This document shows positions 42,555 through 52,790 of a stretch of 64,000 bases of DNA, in pieces. Origin of the DNA: Roseibacillus sp. (GTDB taxonomy: Bacteria > Verrucomicrobiota > Verrucomicrobiia > Verrucomicrobiales > Akkermansiaceae); contig CBDEUM010000034.1 in NCBI GenBank assembly GCA_965242925.1, positions 128,001 through 192,000 on the forward strand. The letters are read 5' to 3'. The notes under the pieces are model-generated. The model had not been told where the DNA came from, ran no database searches, and was given only the letters and a program-made list of their open reading frames with translations. The stretch's first letter is position 1. Every line of letters begins with the position of its first letter. Made by a program: the position numbers and the translations under genes.

Positions 42555-44147
42555 ATGTTGAACAAAATCAGGCAGGCCCTCCGAATCGGGAACATCGATG
42601 CGCGGAAGGGTAACACCATTGTCGTCAATGCTGAAAAACTCGAGCGCCGGGTGGCCCTTCTCGAAGACGGAGTGCTTGAAGAATACGAGATCGAGCGCGA
42701 GGGCGATGTGAACATCGTCGGAAGCATTTTTAAGGGGCGGATCAAGAACATCGAACAGGGCCTGAAGGCGATGTTCGTCGACATTGGCATGGAGAAGAAT
42801 GCCTTCCTCCACTTCTGGGATGCCATTCCCGCGGCACTCGACAACGGCTTGGAGGAGATCCACCGGCAGGGGCGCTCCAAGAAGAAGGGTGGCCCCAAGA
42901 AAATCACTTCCAAGGACATCCCGAACCTCTACCCGGTGGGCTCGGAACTGGTGATCCAGGTTTCCAAGGGGCCCATCGGAAACAAGGGGCCACGGGTCAC
43001 CACCAACGTTTCTCTCCCCGGCCGTTATCTGGTTCTTACTCCTTTTGCCGACCAGTTCGGTATCTCCCGCAAGATCGAGGACCCCCAGGAACGCACCCGG
43101 CTCCGCCGCATCATGCAGCGGATGGCTGTTCCGGAAGGGATGGGGATCATCATGCGGACGGTGGCCATAGGGAAACGGGCTCGTCACTTCATTCGCGATC
43201 TGGCGATGCTCCTGGAGCAATGGGAAGAAGTGGAAGAGATCCGGGACAACACCCCGGCCCCGGTGCGCATCTTTGAGGAACCAAAACTCATTGAAAGGAC
43301 CGCCCGTGATCTCCTGACCGAGGAAATTGACCAGGTCGTGTGCGATAACCAGGAGACCACCGAAGAAATCAAGCAGATCGCGGAAAAGATTTCACGCCGG
43401 GCAAAGCGCCAAATTCACCATCTGCCGACCCAGCAACCCCTCTTCGATCAACTCGGAGTGCAGAAGCAGATCGACGAAGCCTTCCACCGCCAGGTCTGGT
43501 TACCCTGTGGCGGTTATATTGTGATTGACGAGACGGAGGCCTTGATTTCGATCGATGTGAACACGGGGCGTAACCGCGGGTCCAGGGACGTCGACAAGAT
43601 GATCCTGGATACCAACGTCGAGGCCGCTTATGAGACTGCACGCCAACTCCGGCTGCGCAACATCGGAGGACTGGTGGTGATCGATTTTATCGACATGCGG
43701 CACCGGCGGGACCAGCAGGCGGTCTACCGTGCAATGAAGGACCGGCTCCGCCGGGACCGCGCCAAGACTCAGGTTCTCCAGATTTCGGCGGTGGGTCTCA
43801 TGGAAATGACCCGTCAGCGCCTCAACGAAAGCCTGCGAGAGACCCTCCTGGAGCCCTGTCCCTACTGCGCGGGACGCGGCAAGGTGAAAACCACCATGAC
43901 CATGAGCGTGGAGATCCAGAGGAAGCTCAACACCTTGCTGTCAACACACCGGGACGAAGTTGGAGATATCATCGTGGTGGTTAACCCCGATGTCCTGAAC
44001 CGCTTCAAGAGTGAAGACGCCAGTATTCTCATGGAGCTGGAACGCAGTCACACCGGTCGCCTCATCTTCCGCAGTGACCCCGGCCTTCACCGTGAGCGCT
44101 ACGACGTCATTGACGCGCAGACTGAAAAATCCCTTATGCCCAACTGA
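42555..44147 (+). CDS. rng: Ribonuclease G/E family protein
   Basis: FVDIG.EKNAFLH, DETEAL..IDVNTG, QLRLRNIGG..VIDFIDM, EMTRQR, CPYC. Confidence 0.92.
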   Translation: MLNKIRQALRIGNIDARKGNTIVVNAEKLERRVALLEDGVLEEYEIEREGDVNIVGSIFKGRIKNIEQGLKAMFVDIGMEKNAFLHFWDAIPAALDNGLEEIHRQGRSKKKGGPKKITSKDIPNLYPVGSELVIQVSKGPIGNKGPRVTTNVSLPGRYLVLTPFADQFGISRKIEDPQERTRLRRIMQRMAVPEGMGIIMRTVAIGKRARHFIRDLAMLLEQWEEVEEIRDNTPAPVRIFEEPKLIERTARDLLTEEIDQVVCDNQETTEEIKQIAEKISRRAKRQIHHLPTQQPLFDQLGVQKQIDEAFHRQVWLPCGGYIVIDETEALISIDVNTGRNRGSRDVDKMILDTNVEAAYETARQLRLRNIGGLVVIDFIDMRHRRDQQAVYRAMKDRLRRDRAKTQVLQISAVGLMEMTRQRLNESLRETLLEPCPYCAGRGKVKTTMTMSVEIQRKLNTLLSTHRDEVGDIIVVVNPDVLNRFKSEDASILMELERSHTGRLIFRSDPGLHRERYDVIDAQTEKSLMPN

Positions 44148-44227
44148 GAGGGCAAACTCTCCCGATTCCGGAGCAACTTCCGCTAGGGACGAGCTCTCCC
44201 TTAAAGGCAGCGGGCATCGCCCGGCAT

Positions 44228-45271
44228 TTATCCACCCGCTTCCTGCAGCAACCGCAACCGATCAAGGGCGGCCCCCGAAGTGATCAGTTCCCGTGCCTGC
44301 GTAACCCCGGCATCCAGATCTTTCGTTATACCCGCACAGGCCAGACCTGCTCCCGCATTGAGAAGAACCATGTCGAGCTTGGGTCCGGTTTCGCTTCCGT
44401 CCAAGATGCCGGTGAGAATAGCAGCGTTCTCGCCTGCATCCCCACCCTGCAGATCCGCCACCACGGCTTCAACGAGGGAGAAATCCTGTGGCCGGACTTC
44501 CTCCTCAACGTGTTCCTTCCTCGTTCCTGATCTGCAAATTTGAGTCGGCCCCATGGTGCTCAATTCATCAACCGATCGCCCGTCGCCCGTAGTTCCATGC
44601 ACTGCCCAGGCTGATTCACGTCCCAGGCGCTGCATAATATCTGCGTAGACGGGAGGCAGGCCGGGATTGAATACCCCCACGAGTTGACAACTGGGGCGGG
44701 CGGGATTGAGGAGTGGGCCGATCAAATTGAAGATGGTCCGCACTCCCTTCTCGGCCAGAATTTTGCGGACCGGCATGATCGCCTTGAAAGCCGGGTGATA
44801 GAGAGGCGCGAATAGAAAGCCCACCCCGGCCCTTCTGAGGCATTCCCGGAACCCCTCGGGAGGCAGATCGATGCGGATGCCCAGGGCTTCCAGGACATCG
44901 GCACCCCCGCTCTTTGAGGTGATCCCCCGGTTTCCGTGCTTGAGAACCGTTACGCCACCGGCGGCAATCACAAACATCGAAGTAGTGGAAACATTAAAGA
45001 GGTTCAGCTTGTCTCCACCTGTTCCACACACATCGATTGACGGTGCCTCCAGTCCGAGCAGTCCGACCTCCGGATCTATCGCCCGGTCGAGCAACTCGCT
45101 GACAAACCGGGCAATCTCCGGGGCGGTTTCTCCTTTCCGTGCCAGCGCTTCAAGGAAGCAGGCTTTCTGTCCGGGGTCGGCGTCTTCATCCAAGAGAAAC
45201 TCGACCGTGACCCTGATGTGGTGAGAGTCCAGTTCGCGCCCGCATTCAAGCTGGGCAATCAGGTCGTCCAT
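44228..45271 (-). CDS. trpD: Anthranilate phosphoribosyltransferase
   Basis: DVCGTGGD...FNVST, KHGNR..TSKSG.ADVL, FAP.YHPA, RTIFN.IGPL.NP. Confidence 0.95.
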   Translation of the reverse strand: MDDLIAQLECGRELDSHHIRVTVEFLLDEDADPGQKACFLEALARKGETAPEIARFVSELLDRAIDPEVGLLGLEAPSIDVCGTGGDKLNLFNVSTTSMFVIAAGGVTVLKHGNRGITSKSGGADVLEALGIRIDLPPEGFRECLRRAGVGFLFAPLYHPAFKAIMPVRKILAEKGVRTIFNLIGPLLNPARPSCQLVGVFNPGLPPVYADIMQRLGRESAWAVHGTTGDGRSVDELSTMGPTQICRSGTRKEHVEEEVRPQDFSLVEAVVADLQGGDAGENAAILTGILDGSETGPKLDMVLLNAGAGLACAGITKDLDAGVTQARELITSGAALDRLRLLQEAGG

Positions 45272-45335
45272 CGTTCCTTCCATCATGAGGTTTCGGTAAA
45301 TTGTCTGTTGGTCGGCAAGCCCTGATTCCTTGATG

Positions 45336-45917
45336 TCAGCCAAAGTAGGGCGGCTCGTTGCCCGCCTTCCATTTGATGTTGCATCCGCTGCTGGGAGAGG
45401 ATCCGCCGGGTGCTTCACCATCGTTCAATAATGCATTCACTGCCGCCCTCAGGTCTGCCCCGGTTGCCTCCACACCGTCTCCAGGACGGGAGGAGTCAAA
45501 CTGCCCCGCGTAGAACAGGTGTCCCTCGCCATCCAGCAGGAAGAAATCGGGAGTGCAGGCGGCCGACCACTCCTTTGCCACCTCCTGGCTCTCGTCGTAG
45601 AGGTAGGGAAAAGCCCACCCCGACTCCGCCGCGAACGGCCCCATCCTGTCCGGATGGTCGGCGGGATATTTCTCCACGTCGTTGGCCATGATCGCCACCG
45701 TGTTGACACCCGCAGCCGCAATTTCCTCCGCCAGTCGCCCCACCGCATCCGCCAGATGAACGACAAACGGGCAATGGTTGCAGGCAAAGATCACCAGAGT
45801 CCCCTCTTCACCCCGCAACCCTGCGAGGGTGTGAACCTGACCATTCGGTTCCGACAATTCGAAGGCGGGGGCAGGATCACCGGCCTGAAGGCGAAAGGTG
45901 GACTGGACTTCAGACAT
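45336..45917 (-). CDS. Thioredoxin-fold (AhpC/TSA-like) protein
   Basis: CNHCPFV, FPYLYDESQ.VA, A.CTPDFF, GCNIKWK. Confidence 0.9.
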   Translation of the reverse strand: MSEVQSTFRLQAGDPAPAFELSEPNGQVHTLAGLRGEEGTLVIFACNHCPFVVHLADAVGRLAEEIAAAGVNTVAIMANDVEKYPADHPDRMGPFAAESGWAFPYLYDESQEVAKEWSAACTPDFFLLDGEGHLFYAGQFDSSRPGDGVEATGADLRAAVNALLNDGEAPGGSSPSSGCNIKWKAGNEPPYFG

Positions 45918-45994
45918 GACGAAACCGGGATAGGATACCTGACGCTTGCCGTGAAGAGAAATCAAGTCAACCATGGACCTGAATAGACGTCCAG

Positions 45995-47113
45995 ATGTTC
46001 TCCGACCGTGAAGAGGCTCGTTATGAGCGCCACTTTTCCCTCCCCTCATTCGGGCCGGAGGGCCAACTTGCCCTGCGCAATTCCTCCGTGCTCTGCATCG
46101 GCGCAGGCGGACTCGGATCACCGGCAGCCCTTTATCTCGCTGCAGCGGGGACAGGACGCCTCGGCATCGTGGACGACGATACAGTCGATTTCTCCAATTT
46201 GCAGCGGCAAATCCTCCACGACGAAAGCCGGGTGGGCGCGTCCAAGGCCGAAAGTGCGCGAGCACGTCTCTCGGGCCTGAATTCCGATATTTCCGTTGAG
46301 GCATACCAGCAGAGACTCGACGCTGGCAACGCAATGGATTTGATCAGCCGCTACGATGTCGTGGTTGACGGCTCCGACAATTTCCCAACCCGCTTTCTGG
46401 TAGCGGACTCCTCCTGGCTCCTCGGCAAGCCTCTGGTGGCTGGCGCGATCCATCAGTTTGAGGGGCAGCTCAGCGTCTTCGATCCACGTCTCCCCTCCCC
46501 CTGCTATCGTTGCCTTCTTCCGGAACCCCCACCAGTCGGCACGGTTCCGACCTGAGAAGAAGCGGGCGTATTGGGCGCTCTTCCCGGCGTGATCGGGACC
46601 CTCCAGGCCATGGAAGCGCTGAAGATCCTCACAGGGCATGGCACCAGTCTGGCCGGTCGAATGCTGCATTACGACGCCACCGATGCTCGTATGCGGGAAA
46701 TTGTCCTCAAGTCGGATCCATCCTGCGCGCTGTGCGGAGAAAGCGCCACAATCACCGAACCCGTCGACTATGAGAAACCAGAAGCGAGTGGGAGCGCGTT
46801 GAAGGAGATCAGCGTCGAGACCGGCCGCGGGCTTCTGCAGAAGGGATTCGGTGGAATTCTACTCGATGTGCGTGAGCGCGACGAGCATGCCTGGGCACAC
46901 CTTGAGGGCTGCCGCCTTGCTCCCTTCAGCGAGTTCATGTCTCACCTCCACGACCTCCCGCGGGATCGACCCTATCTCGTTTACTGCAAGTCGGGCCAGC
47001 GCAGCGCTCACGCGGCGGCGATGATGACCGAAGCCGGCTTTCCAGACGTGACCAACCTGCGGGGTGGCATCGTAGCCTGGCTCGATGCCAATGGCCCGGT
47101 CCTTCAGGGCTGA
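45995..47113 (+). CDS. moeB: MoeB/ThiF E1-like adenylyltransferase-rhodanese fusion with in-frame UGA at codon 187 (probable selenocysteine)
   Basis: RY.RH, GAGGLGSP, SNLQRQ, DGSDNF.TR, CYRC, VPT*EEAGVLG.LPG, CALC, rhodanese YCKSG.RS; both ORF halves are in one frame, 372 codons. Confidence 0.88.
46556..46598 (+). promoter_or_regulatory. Candidate bacterial SECIS hairpin(s)
   Basis: Either GAAG-A-AGCG / CGCT-CTTC (46556-46583) or TCCCGG-CGTGA-TCGGGA (46582-46598), immediately 3' of the UGA; folded by eye. Confidence 0.45.
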
Positions 47114-47137
47114 AGGGCTTCTATCTGATTGGATTCT

Positions 47138-48319
47138 CTAGACCTCATTCTGCATCTCTTCCGCGTAGCGATGCACCCAGATGCTCTGCACCAGTCCGAG
47201 CAGAAACATGCAGATCACCACAAAGGTTCCCGAGTAACTGATGAGCGGTAGTGGAATACCCGTGATCGGCATGATCGAAACGCACATGCCTATATTCTCG
47301 AAGATGTGGGCGAACAGAAGCGCAACAACTCCGGCAGCGATGATCTGTCCTGCAAAATCACGGCTGTAAAACGCGACAAAGAGACACTGGATCAGTAACA
47401 GGGCAAAGCCTGTGATGAGCAGGAGACTTCCCCGAAATCCCTGCTCTTCCGCGATCACCGCAAAGATATAGTCGTTGTGAGCAGTCTTCCAGGGAATGTC
47501 CTTGCGATGATGCAGGGAGTCCTTGGAGGTGCTCCCGTAGCCTGCCCCTCGCCAACCCGCCTTACCGACCGCCATGGTGACTCGATACTCGGCATAGTTC
47601 TTGTCCGTGTTGGTTATATGGCCCCGCTGCAGATTCTCGAGGAAGTTGTTGATACGCGCGTTCCCACGCTCCGAAGCCCCGGGCAACACGATGAAATAGA
47701 TCAAGGGCACAACCCCGGCTCCGATCAATGCCATGAAGAGAAGATACCGGAATGGAATCCCCCCCACCAGCATGGTGACAAACGCGACCGGCAACCACAC
47801 GATGGCCGATCCCATGTCACCGTTCTTCATAACCAGCAGGAACGGCACACCACAAAGACCTGCAATAATGCCCAACCGACACACCGGGTGCCCGAGAATC
47901 CGGTGTATCCTGGGCAGCGTCTGAAAAGTGAAACCCACCATGATGATCCCTGCCGCTATGACCAGCTGGGTGGGTTGAAAGCTCAAGCCCATCACCGTGA
48001 GTTGGTGTACTTCCGACCCTTGGGACATGAGGATCAGCAGCATCACGATTCCCACCAGATACATCGGGATGCCCAGCCACATCAGCCAACGGTAATCGAC
48101 CAGCGCGACTGCGAAATACACGAGGCTCCCGATGACAATCCATAGCTTCTGCCGGTCCGCAAACCACTCGCCCCAGAGATCGGGCTGATCGAGCAGGTCC
48201 GGCACTGGAATATGGCGTGCCGCGCTCTCGATGCTGAACACCCCAAAGACGAGCAGGCCGTACATGGTGAGGACAAGCACCCAATTCATTCCGAGGAATT
48301 TTCGGAAGAGCGGAGTCAT
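47138..48319 (-). CDS. rodA: SEDS-family peptidoglycan polymerase, RodA-like
   Basis: FQP, D.GSA, H.DYIFAVIAEE.GF, NIGM...IMPITGIPLPLISYSG. Confidence 0.88.
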   Translation of the reverse strand: MTPLFRKFLGMNWVLVLTMYGLLVFGVFSIESAARHIPVPDLLDQPDLWGEWFADRQKLWIVIGSLVYFAVALVDYRWLMWLGIPMYLVGIVMLLILMSQGSEVHQLTVMGLSFQPTQLVIAAGIIMVGFTFQTLPRIHRILGHPVCRLGIIAGLCGVPFLLVMKNGDMGSAIVWLPVAFVTMLVGGIPFRYLLFMALIGAGVVPLIYFIVLPGASERGNARINNFLENLQRGHITNTDKNYAEYRVTMAVGKAGWRGAGYGSTSKDSLHHRKDIPWKTAHNDYIFAVIAEEQGFRGSLLLITGFALLLIQCLFVAFYSRDFAGQIIAAGVVALLFAHIFENIGMCVSIMPITGIPLPLISYSGTFVVICMFLLGLVQSIWVHRYAEEMQNEV

Positions 48320-48526
48320 CTCAAATCACGACCGACCATACGGAGAAAGAACCTAAAGACAAGTAACGTTGGCGCCCCAGGGAACGTGTCAGCCTCGTTA
48401 TCAAGTTCAAGGGCTCCATGTTCCCCGCCTTAGTCCACCCTCAAACCGAAGCAGGCCCCCTCCCGGCCCATAGCGGATAATGTCTCGAAAGAGGCTGGAA
48501 ACCACGGGATCCCTGCCCGGATGCGC

Positions 48527-49312
48527 TCAATCGTCAAGAAACCCTGTCAACGGACTGCTCGCCTCTGCCCGATCATTCTGCATGGGCAGGCCTGCCTCAA
48601 AAGCGGTGCGTCCTGCCTCCACTGCAGAATGGAAGGCCCGCGCCATGCTCACCGGGTCCCCTGCCACCGCTACCGCCGTGTTCACGAGGACGGCATCGGC
48701 CCCCATCTCCATCGCTTGCGATGCGTGACTGGGCGCTCCGATCCCCGCATCCACCACTACGGGTACGTTAGCCTGCTCAATGATGATTTCAATCTGGTCC
48801 CGGGTTGTCAGACCACGATTCGATCCTATGGGGGCCCCGAGGGGCATGACGGTGGCAGCGCCTGCGTCCTCCAGACGTTTGGCCAGCACGGGATCGGCAT
48901 TAATGTAGGGCAAGACGGTGAACCCCTCTTTTATGAGGGTTTCGGCGGCAGAGAGCGTTTCGATGGCATCAGGCAGAAGGTAATTGGGGTCCGGGTGGAT
49001 CTCGAGTTTGATCCACTTGGGCAGACCCGCCGCTTCTGCAAGTCGGGCAAGCCGTACGGCCTCCTCGGCATTCATTGCCCCACTGGTATTGGTCAGGAGG
49101 AGATATTTCTCCGTATCTACGTAGTCCAGTATGTTGGCAAAGGAATCCCCCTCCCCGCTCACGTCGACCCGGCGCAGCGCGACCGTCACGATTTCGGCCC
49201 CGGAAGCGTCCAACGCCTCACGCATCACTTCCAGAGAACCGAACTTGCCGGTGCCTAGCAGGAGGCGAGACGAAAATGCGCGCCCCGCAATCTCTAGTCC
49301 CACAGCGCTCAC
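48527..49312 (-). CDS. thiG: Thiazole synthase
   Basis: [46 protein letters not shown]. Confidence 0.97.
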   Translation of the reverse strand: MSAVGLEIAGRAFSSRLLLGTGKFGSLEVMREALDASGAEIVTVALRRVDVSGEGDSFANILDYVDTEKYLLLTNTSGAMNAEEAVRLARLAEAAGLPKWIKLEIHPDPNYLLPDAIETLSAAETLIKEGFTVLPYINADPVLAKRLEDAGAATVMPLGAPIGSNRGLTTRDQIEIIIEQANVPVVVDAGIGAPSHASQAMEMGADAVLVNTAVAVAGDPVSMARAFHSAVEAGRTAFEAGLPMQNDRAEASSPLTGFLDD

Positions 49313-49314
49313 CG

Positions 49315-50304
49315 TCAGGATGGGATAAGGTCTCTCACTGCCTCACGCTCTTCGCGCAATTCCTGCACCGACTCGTCAATCTTTCCGCGAGAAAACTCGT
49401 CAACCTCAACCCCTTCCACCACCGACCAGTTGCCTGCCCCGTCAGATCGCACGGGCATGGAGGCGATCAGTCCCTCATCAATACCATACTGTCCCTCCGA
49501 GCAGATTGCCACGCTGTTCCAGTCTCCTTCGGGAGTGGCCTTGGCCAGAGTGCACACCGTTTCGATCGCGGCATTGGCAGCTGAAGCCGCCGAAGACGCT
49601 CCACGCGCTTCGATAATCGCTGCGCCCCGCTGCTGAACGGACCTGATGAACTCGCCCTCCAACCACTCACGGTCGGTGATGACTTCAGGGACCGGGCTCC
49701 CCTCTATTTGCGCGTGCACAAAGTCGGGGTACTGGGTCGCAGAATGATTTCCCCAGATGCACATGTTGGAAACGGAATTGGTGTGCACGCCAGCCTTGGC
49801 TGCAAGCTGACCCTTGGCGCGGTTTTCATCGAGCCGGGTCATGGCGAAGAAGCGATCCCGGGGAACCCCATCAGCATTGCGCATCGCAATGAGGCAGTTC
49901 GTGTTGCAGGGATTCCCGACCACCAGGACACGGATATCATCCGCCGCATTTCGCGCAATGGCCTCGCCTTGTCCTGTGAAAATCTTACCATTGATACCTA
50001 GCAGGTCCTTGCGCTCCATGCCTGCCTTGCGGGGCACGGAACCCACCAGGAGGGACCAGTTAGCCCCCTTGAACCCTTCATCCAGATCCGAGGTTGGGGT
50101 CACTCCGGCCAGAAGCGGAAAGGCGCAGTCATCCAGTTCCATCACCGTGCCCTCAAGCGCATTCATGGCCGCATCGATCTCGATGAGTCTCAGATGAACA
50201 GGTTGATCCGGCCCGAATATCTCGCCCGAAGCGATTCGAAAAAGAAGAGCGTAGCCGATCTGACCCGCCGCACCGGTGATGGAAACAGTAATGCACTCCT
50301 TCAT
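49315..50304 (-). CDS. mdh: Malate dehydrogenase (type 2)
   Basis: [52 protein letters not shown]. Confidence 0.97.
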   Translation of the reverse strand: MKECITVSITGAAGQIGYALLFRIASGEIFGPDQPVHLRLIEIDAAMNALEGTVMELDDCAFPLLAGVTPTSDLDEGFKGANWSLLVGSVPRKAGMERKDLLGINGKIFTGQGEAIARNAADDIRVLVVGNPCNTNCLIAMRNADGVPRDRFFAMTRLDENRAKGQLAAKAGVHTNSVSNMCIWGNHSATQYPDFVHAQIEGSPVPEVITDREWLEGEFIRSVQQRGAAIIEARGASSAASAANAAIETVCTLAKATPEGDWNSVAICSEGQYGIDEGLIASMPVRSDGAGNWSVVEGVEVDEFSRGKIDESVQELREEREAVRDLIPS

Positions 50305-50626
50305 GACAACGCTTCTCGCTTTAGCGGAGGGAACTTCCGCGGTCAATATCTGGTCGGCAATCATCCGCAAAAACAGGCAATATCTGGTCAGCCGGGGTGC
50401 ATTCCTGTTGAAATTTATGGTTGCCAAACGTCCGCAGAGCCCCATCATCCCGTTGTCTGGATTGCCCGGCGGCAGATCGTTCGTTCGTCGGCAGGCTTGC
50501 GAAGCCACCTACGGCTTCTCCGTCACCCCAAGGGGTTTCGCGACAGAAGCAAGTTCGCAGACGCTGAGACACCGGAGCTGTGTCCTGCATCCCTCTTACC
50601 GCACTCATTATTCCAAGTTCTCACGC

Positions 50627-51379
50627 ATGGCCGGACACAACAAGTGGTCGAAAGTGAAGCACATCAAGGCCCGCGTGGATGCCAGGAAGGGCAAGATGTT
50701 CAGCCGTTTCTCGCAGGAGATCTCCATCGCGGCCCGCGACGGGGGCAGCGACCCCGACCTCAACCCCCGGCTCCGCACCGCCATTGAGGGCGCCAAGGGC
50801 CAGTCAATGCCCAAGGATAACATCGAGCGTGCGATCAAGAAGGGCACCGGTGAACTCGGCGGCGAGGCCATCCAGGAAATCACCTACGAGGGCTACGGAC
50901 CGGGTGGCATCGCCATCATGGTGGAGGTGGCCACCGACAATACCAATCGATCAGCCGCCAAGGTGCGCGAAATTTTTACCAAGAACGGCGGGAGCATCGC
51001 AACCCCGGGGAGCGTGAGTTATCAGTTTGACCGCAAGGGGGAAGTCCGCATCTCAGCCAAGGGAACCAGTGAAGAAACCGTTCTGGAAACCGTCATGGAG
51101 GCTGGCGCGGATGATCTTCAGAGCGACCCCGAAGAACATGTCGTCTATTGTGCGGCCTCCCGACTCAATGAGGTCGCCACCGCCCTGGACAAGGCAGGAA
51201 TGACACCAGTTTCCCGCCAACTCGTATCCATGCCTCAAAACCCCAGCCTCATCGAAGATGTCACCGCTGCCAAACAGGCACTGCGCCTATACGAACTGCT
51301 CGACGACTACCAGGACACCATGGATGTCTTCACTAACTTCGAGATTTCCGATCAAGTTCTCTCAACCCTGGACGCCTGA
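50627..51379 (+). CDS. yebC: YebC/PmpR-family protein
   Basis: MAGHNKWSK.KH.K, NPRLR.A, MPKDNIERAI, YEGYGP.G, TDN.NR. Confidence 0.95.
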   Translation: MAGHNKWSKVKHIKARVDARKGKMFSRFSQEISIAARDGGSDPDLNPRLRTAIEGAKGQSMPKDNIERAIKKGTGELGGEAIQEITYEGYGPGGIAIMVEVATDNTNRSAAKVREIFTKNGGSIATPGSVSYQFDRKGEVRISAKGTSEETVLETVMEAGADDLQSDPEEHVVYCAASRLNEVATALDKAGMTPVSRQLVSMPQNPSLIEDVTAAKQALRLYELLDDYQDTMDVFTNFEISDQVLSTLDA

Positions 51380-51402
51380 GATCCGATCCCCGTATTCACG
51401 CC

Positions 51403-52758
51403 ATGAGTTCCGATCCTCCCTCTGACGCCGTCACCTCCCGGTCCGGTGACACACCGGATTACCCGGGCAGGAACCCCGGAGAGAAACGCGATAACGGCGG
51501 CGGCAGGAACCGCCGACGACGGGGCGGCCCCGTGCGTGGAAGGGTGCGCGGCAGAACCCGCCGACGGGGCAATGATCGCAAGAAGGATAATCAGAGCCGC
51601 GAAATTGACGAGGGAGAACAGCGCAAGGACGTGGTTCTGAGCGGCCCCCCCATCGAAGTGGACGGCATGCTTGAACTCGCTCCCAAGGGTTTTGGATTTC
51701 TTCGTCGGCCCGAGAAGGATTTCGAACAATCGCGCGAAGACGTCTTCCTGCCCCCGGAACTCGTCCGTCGTGAAGGACTACGCCTTGGAATGTGGATCCA
51801 CGGCATCGCCCGGGAAGGCAATCGCGGACCGCAACTGGTCGAAGTAACCTCGGTCAACGACATGGCACCCAAAGAGGCGCGAAGCCTCGCCTTTTTTGAA
51901 GAACTCAAGGCCATCAATCCTGTTAAACGCATCCCTTTCGAGACTGAATCGGAGCGATTCACCACCCGGGTCATCGACATGATCGCTCCGATTGGTCGTG
52001 GTCAACGGGGTCTGATCGTATCGCCACCCCGCTCCGGTAAGACCACCCTCCTCCTTCACTTGGCCGAGGCTGTCCGAGAACGTCATTCCGAAAACCTCCA
52101 TCTCATGGTCCTACTCGTCGACGAGCGCCCCGAGGAAGTCACCGAATTCAAGCGCCAACTCCCGGAAGCCGAAATTTACGCCAGTTCGAACGACATGCAG
52201 GCCAACAATCACTGCCGCCTGGCGGAACTATGCATCGAGCGCGCCAAGCGCTTGGTCGAGGCCGGGAAGGACGTTTTTCTCCTTCTCGACTCCATCACCC
52301 GCCTGGCGCGCGCCTACAATAACAACATGGGGGGGGGCAAAGGTCGTGGCTACCAAACCGGAGGCATTGTGGCCGGAGCCCTCGAAATGCCCCGACGCCT
52401 GTTTGCCGCCGCCCGCAACACCAAGGAAGCCGGGTCCCTCACCATCGTTGGGACGGCCCTGATTCAGACCAATGCCAAAGCGGATGAGGCCATCTTTCAG
52501 GAGTTCAAGGGCACAGGAAACATGGAACTCGTGCTTGATCGTAAGATTGCAGAGAGCTTTATCTACCCTGCTGTCGACATCTTTAAATCGGGCACTCGGC
52601 GAGAGGAACTCCTTCTTCCCGAACACCTGCTCCACAAGATCTATCTGATCCGTCGCGGTCTTTCCGGACACCGCCCACTGGAGGCCATGGAACGCCTCCT
52701 CTTTTTCCTCAAGAAGTTCCCCAACAATGCCCAGATGTTGTTGGAGATCAAGGGATGA
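51403..52758 (+). CDS. rho: Transcription termination factor Rho
   Basis: GFGFLR, PIGRGQRGLIV.PP..GKT, DERPEEVT, LDSITRLARAYN, EFKGTGNMEL, SGTRREELL. Confidence 0.96.
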   Translation: MSSDPPSDAVTSRSGDTPDYPGRNPGEKRDNGGGRNRRRRGGPVRGRVRGRTRRRGNDRKKDNQSREIDEGEQRKDVVLSGPPIEVDGMLELAPKGFGFLRRPEKDFEQSREDVFLPPELVRREGLRLGMWIHGIAREGNRGPQLVEVTSVNDMAPKEARSLAFFEELKAINPVKRIPFETESERFTTRVIDMIAPIGRGQRGLIVSPPRSGKTTLLLHLAEAVRERHSENLHLMVLLVDERPEEVTEFKRQLPEAEIYASSNDMQANNHCRLAELCIERAKRLVEAGKDVFLLLDSITRLARAYNNNMGGGKGRGYQTGGIVAGALEMPRRLFAAARNTKEAGSLTIVGTALIQTNAKADEAIFQEFKGTGNMELVLDRKIAESFIYPAVDIFKSGTRREELLLPEHLLHKIYLIRRGLSGHRPLEAMERLLFFLKKFPNNAQMLLEIKG

Positions 52759-52790
52759 TGAACAGGGCCCATCATGGCGCCCGTGGCACT

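Noticed and set aside
45336..45917. Second selenoprotein in the thioredoxin-fold gene
   Set aside because: The CxxC uses ordinary Cys codons, and the terminal TGA follows a normal-looking C-terminus.
46553..46555. Genome-wide reassignment of UGA to Trp or Gly as the explanation for the moeB TGA
   Set aside because: TGA ends many genes at their expected C-termini (mreB, rho, murA, yebC, moeB itself), and the aligned residue is Cys.
52329..52337. G9 tract in rho (and C10 tract at 53094-53103) as phase-variation sites
   Set aside because: The rho tract is in frame and encodes a Gly run; nothing in a single sequence shows length variation.
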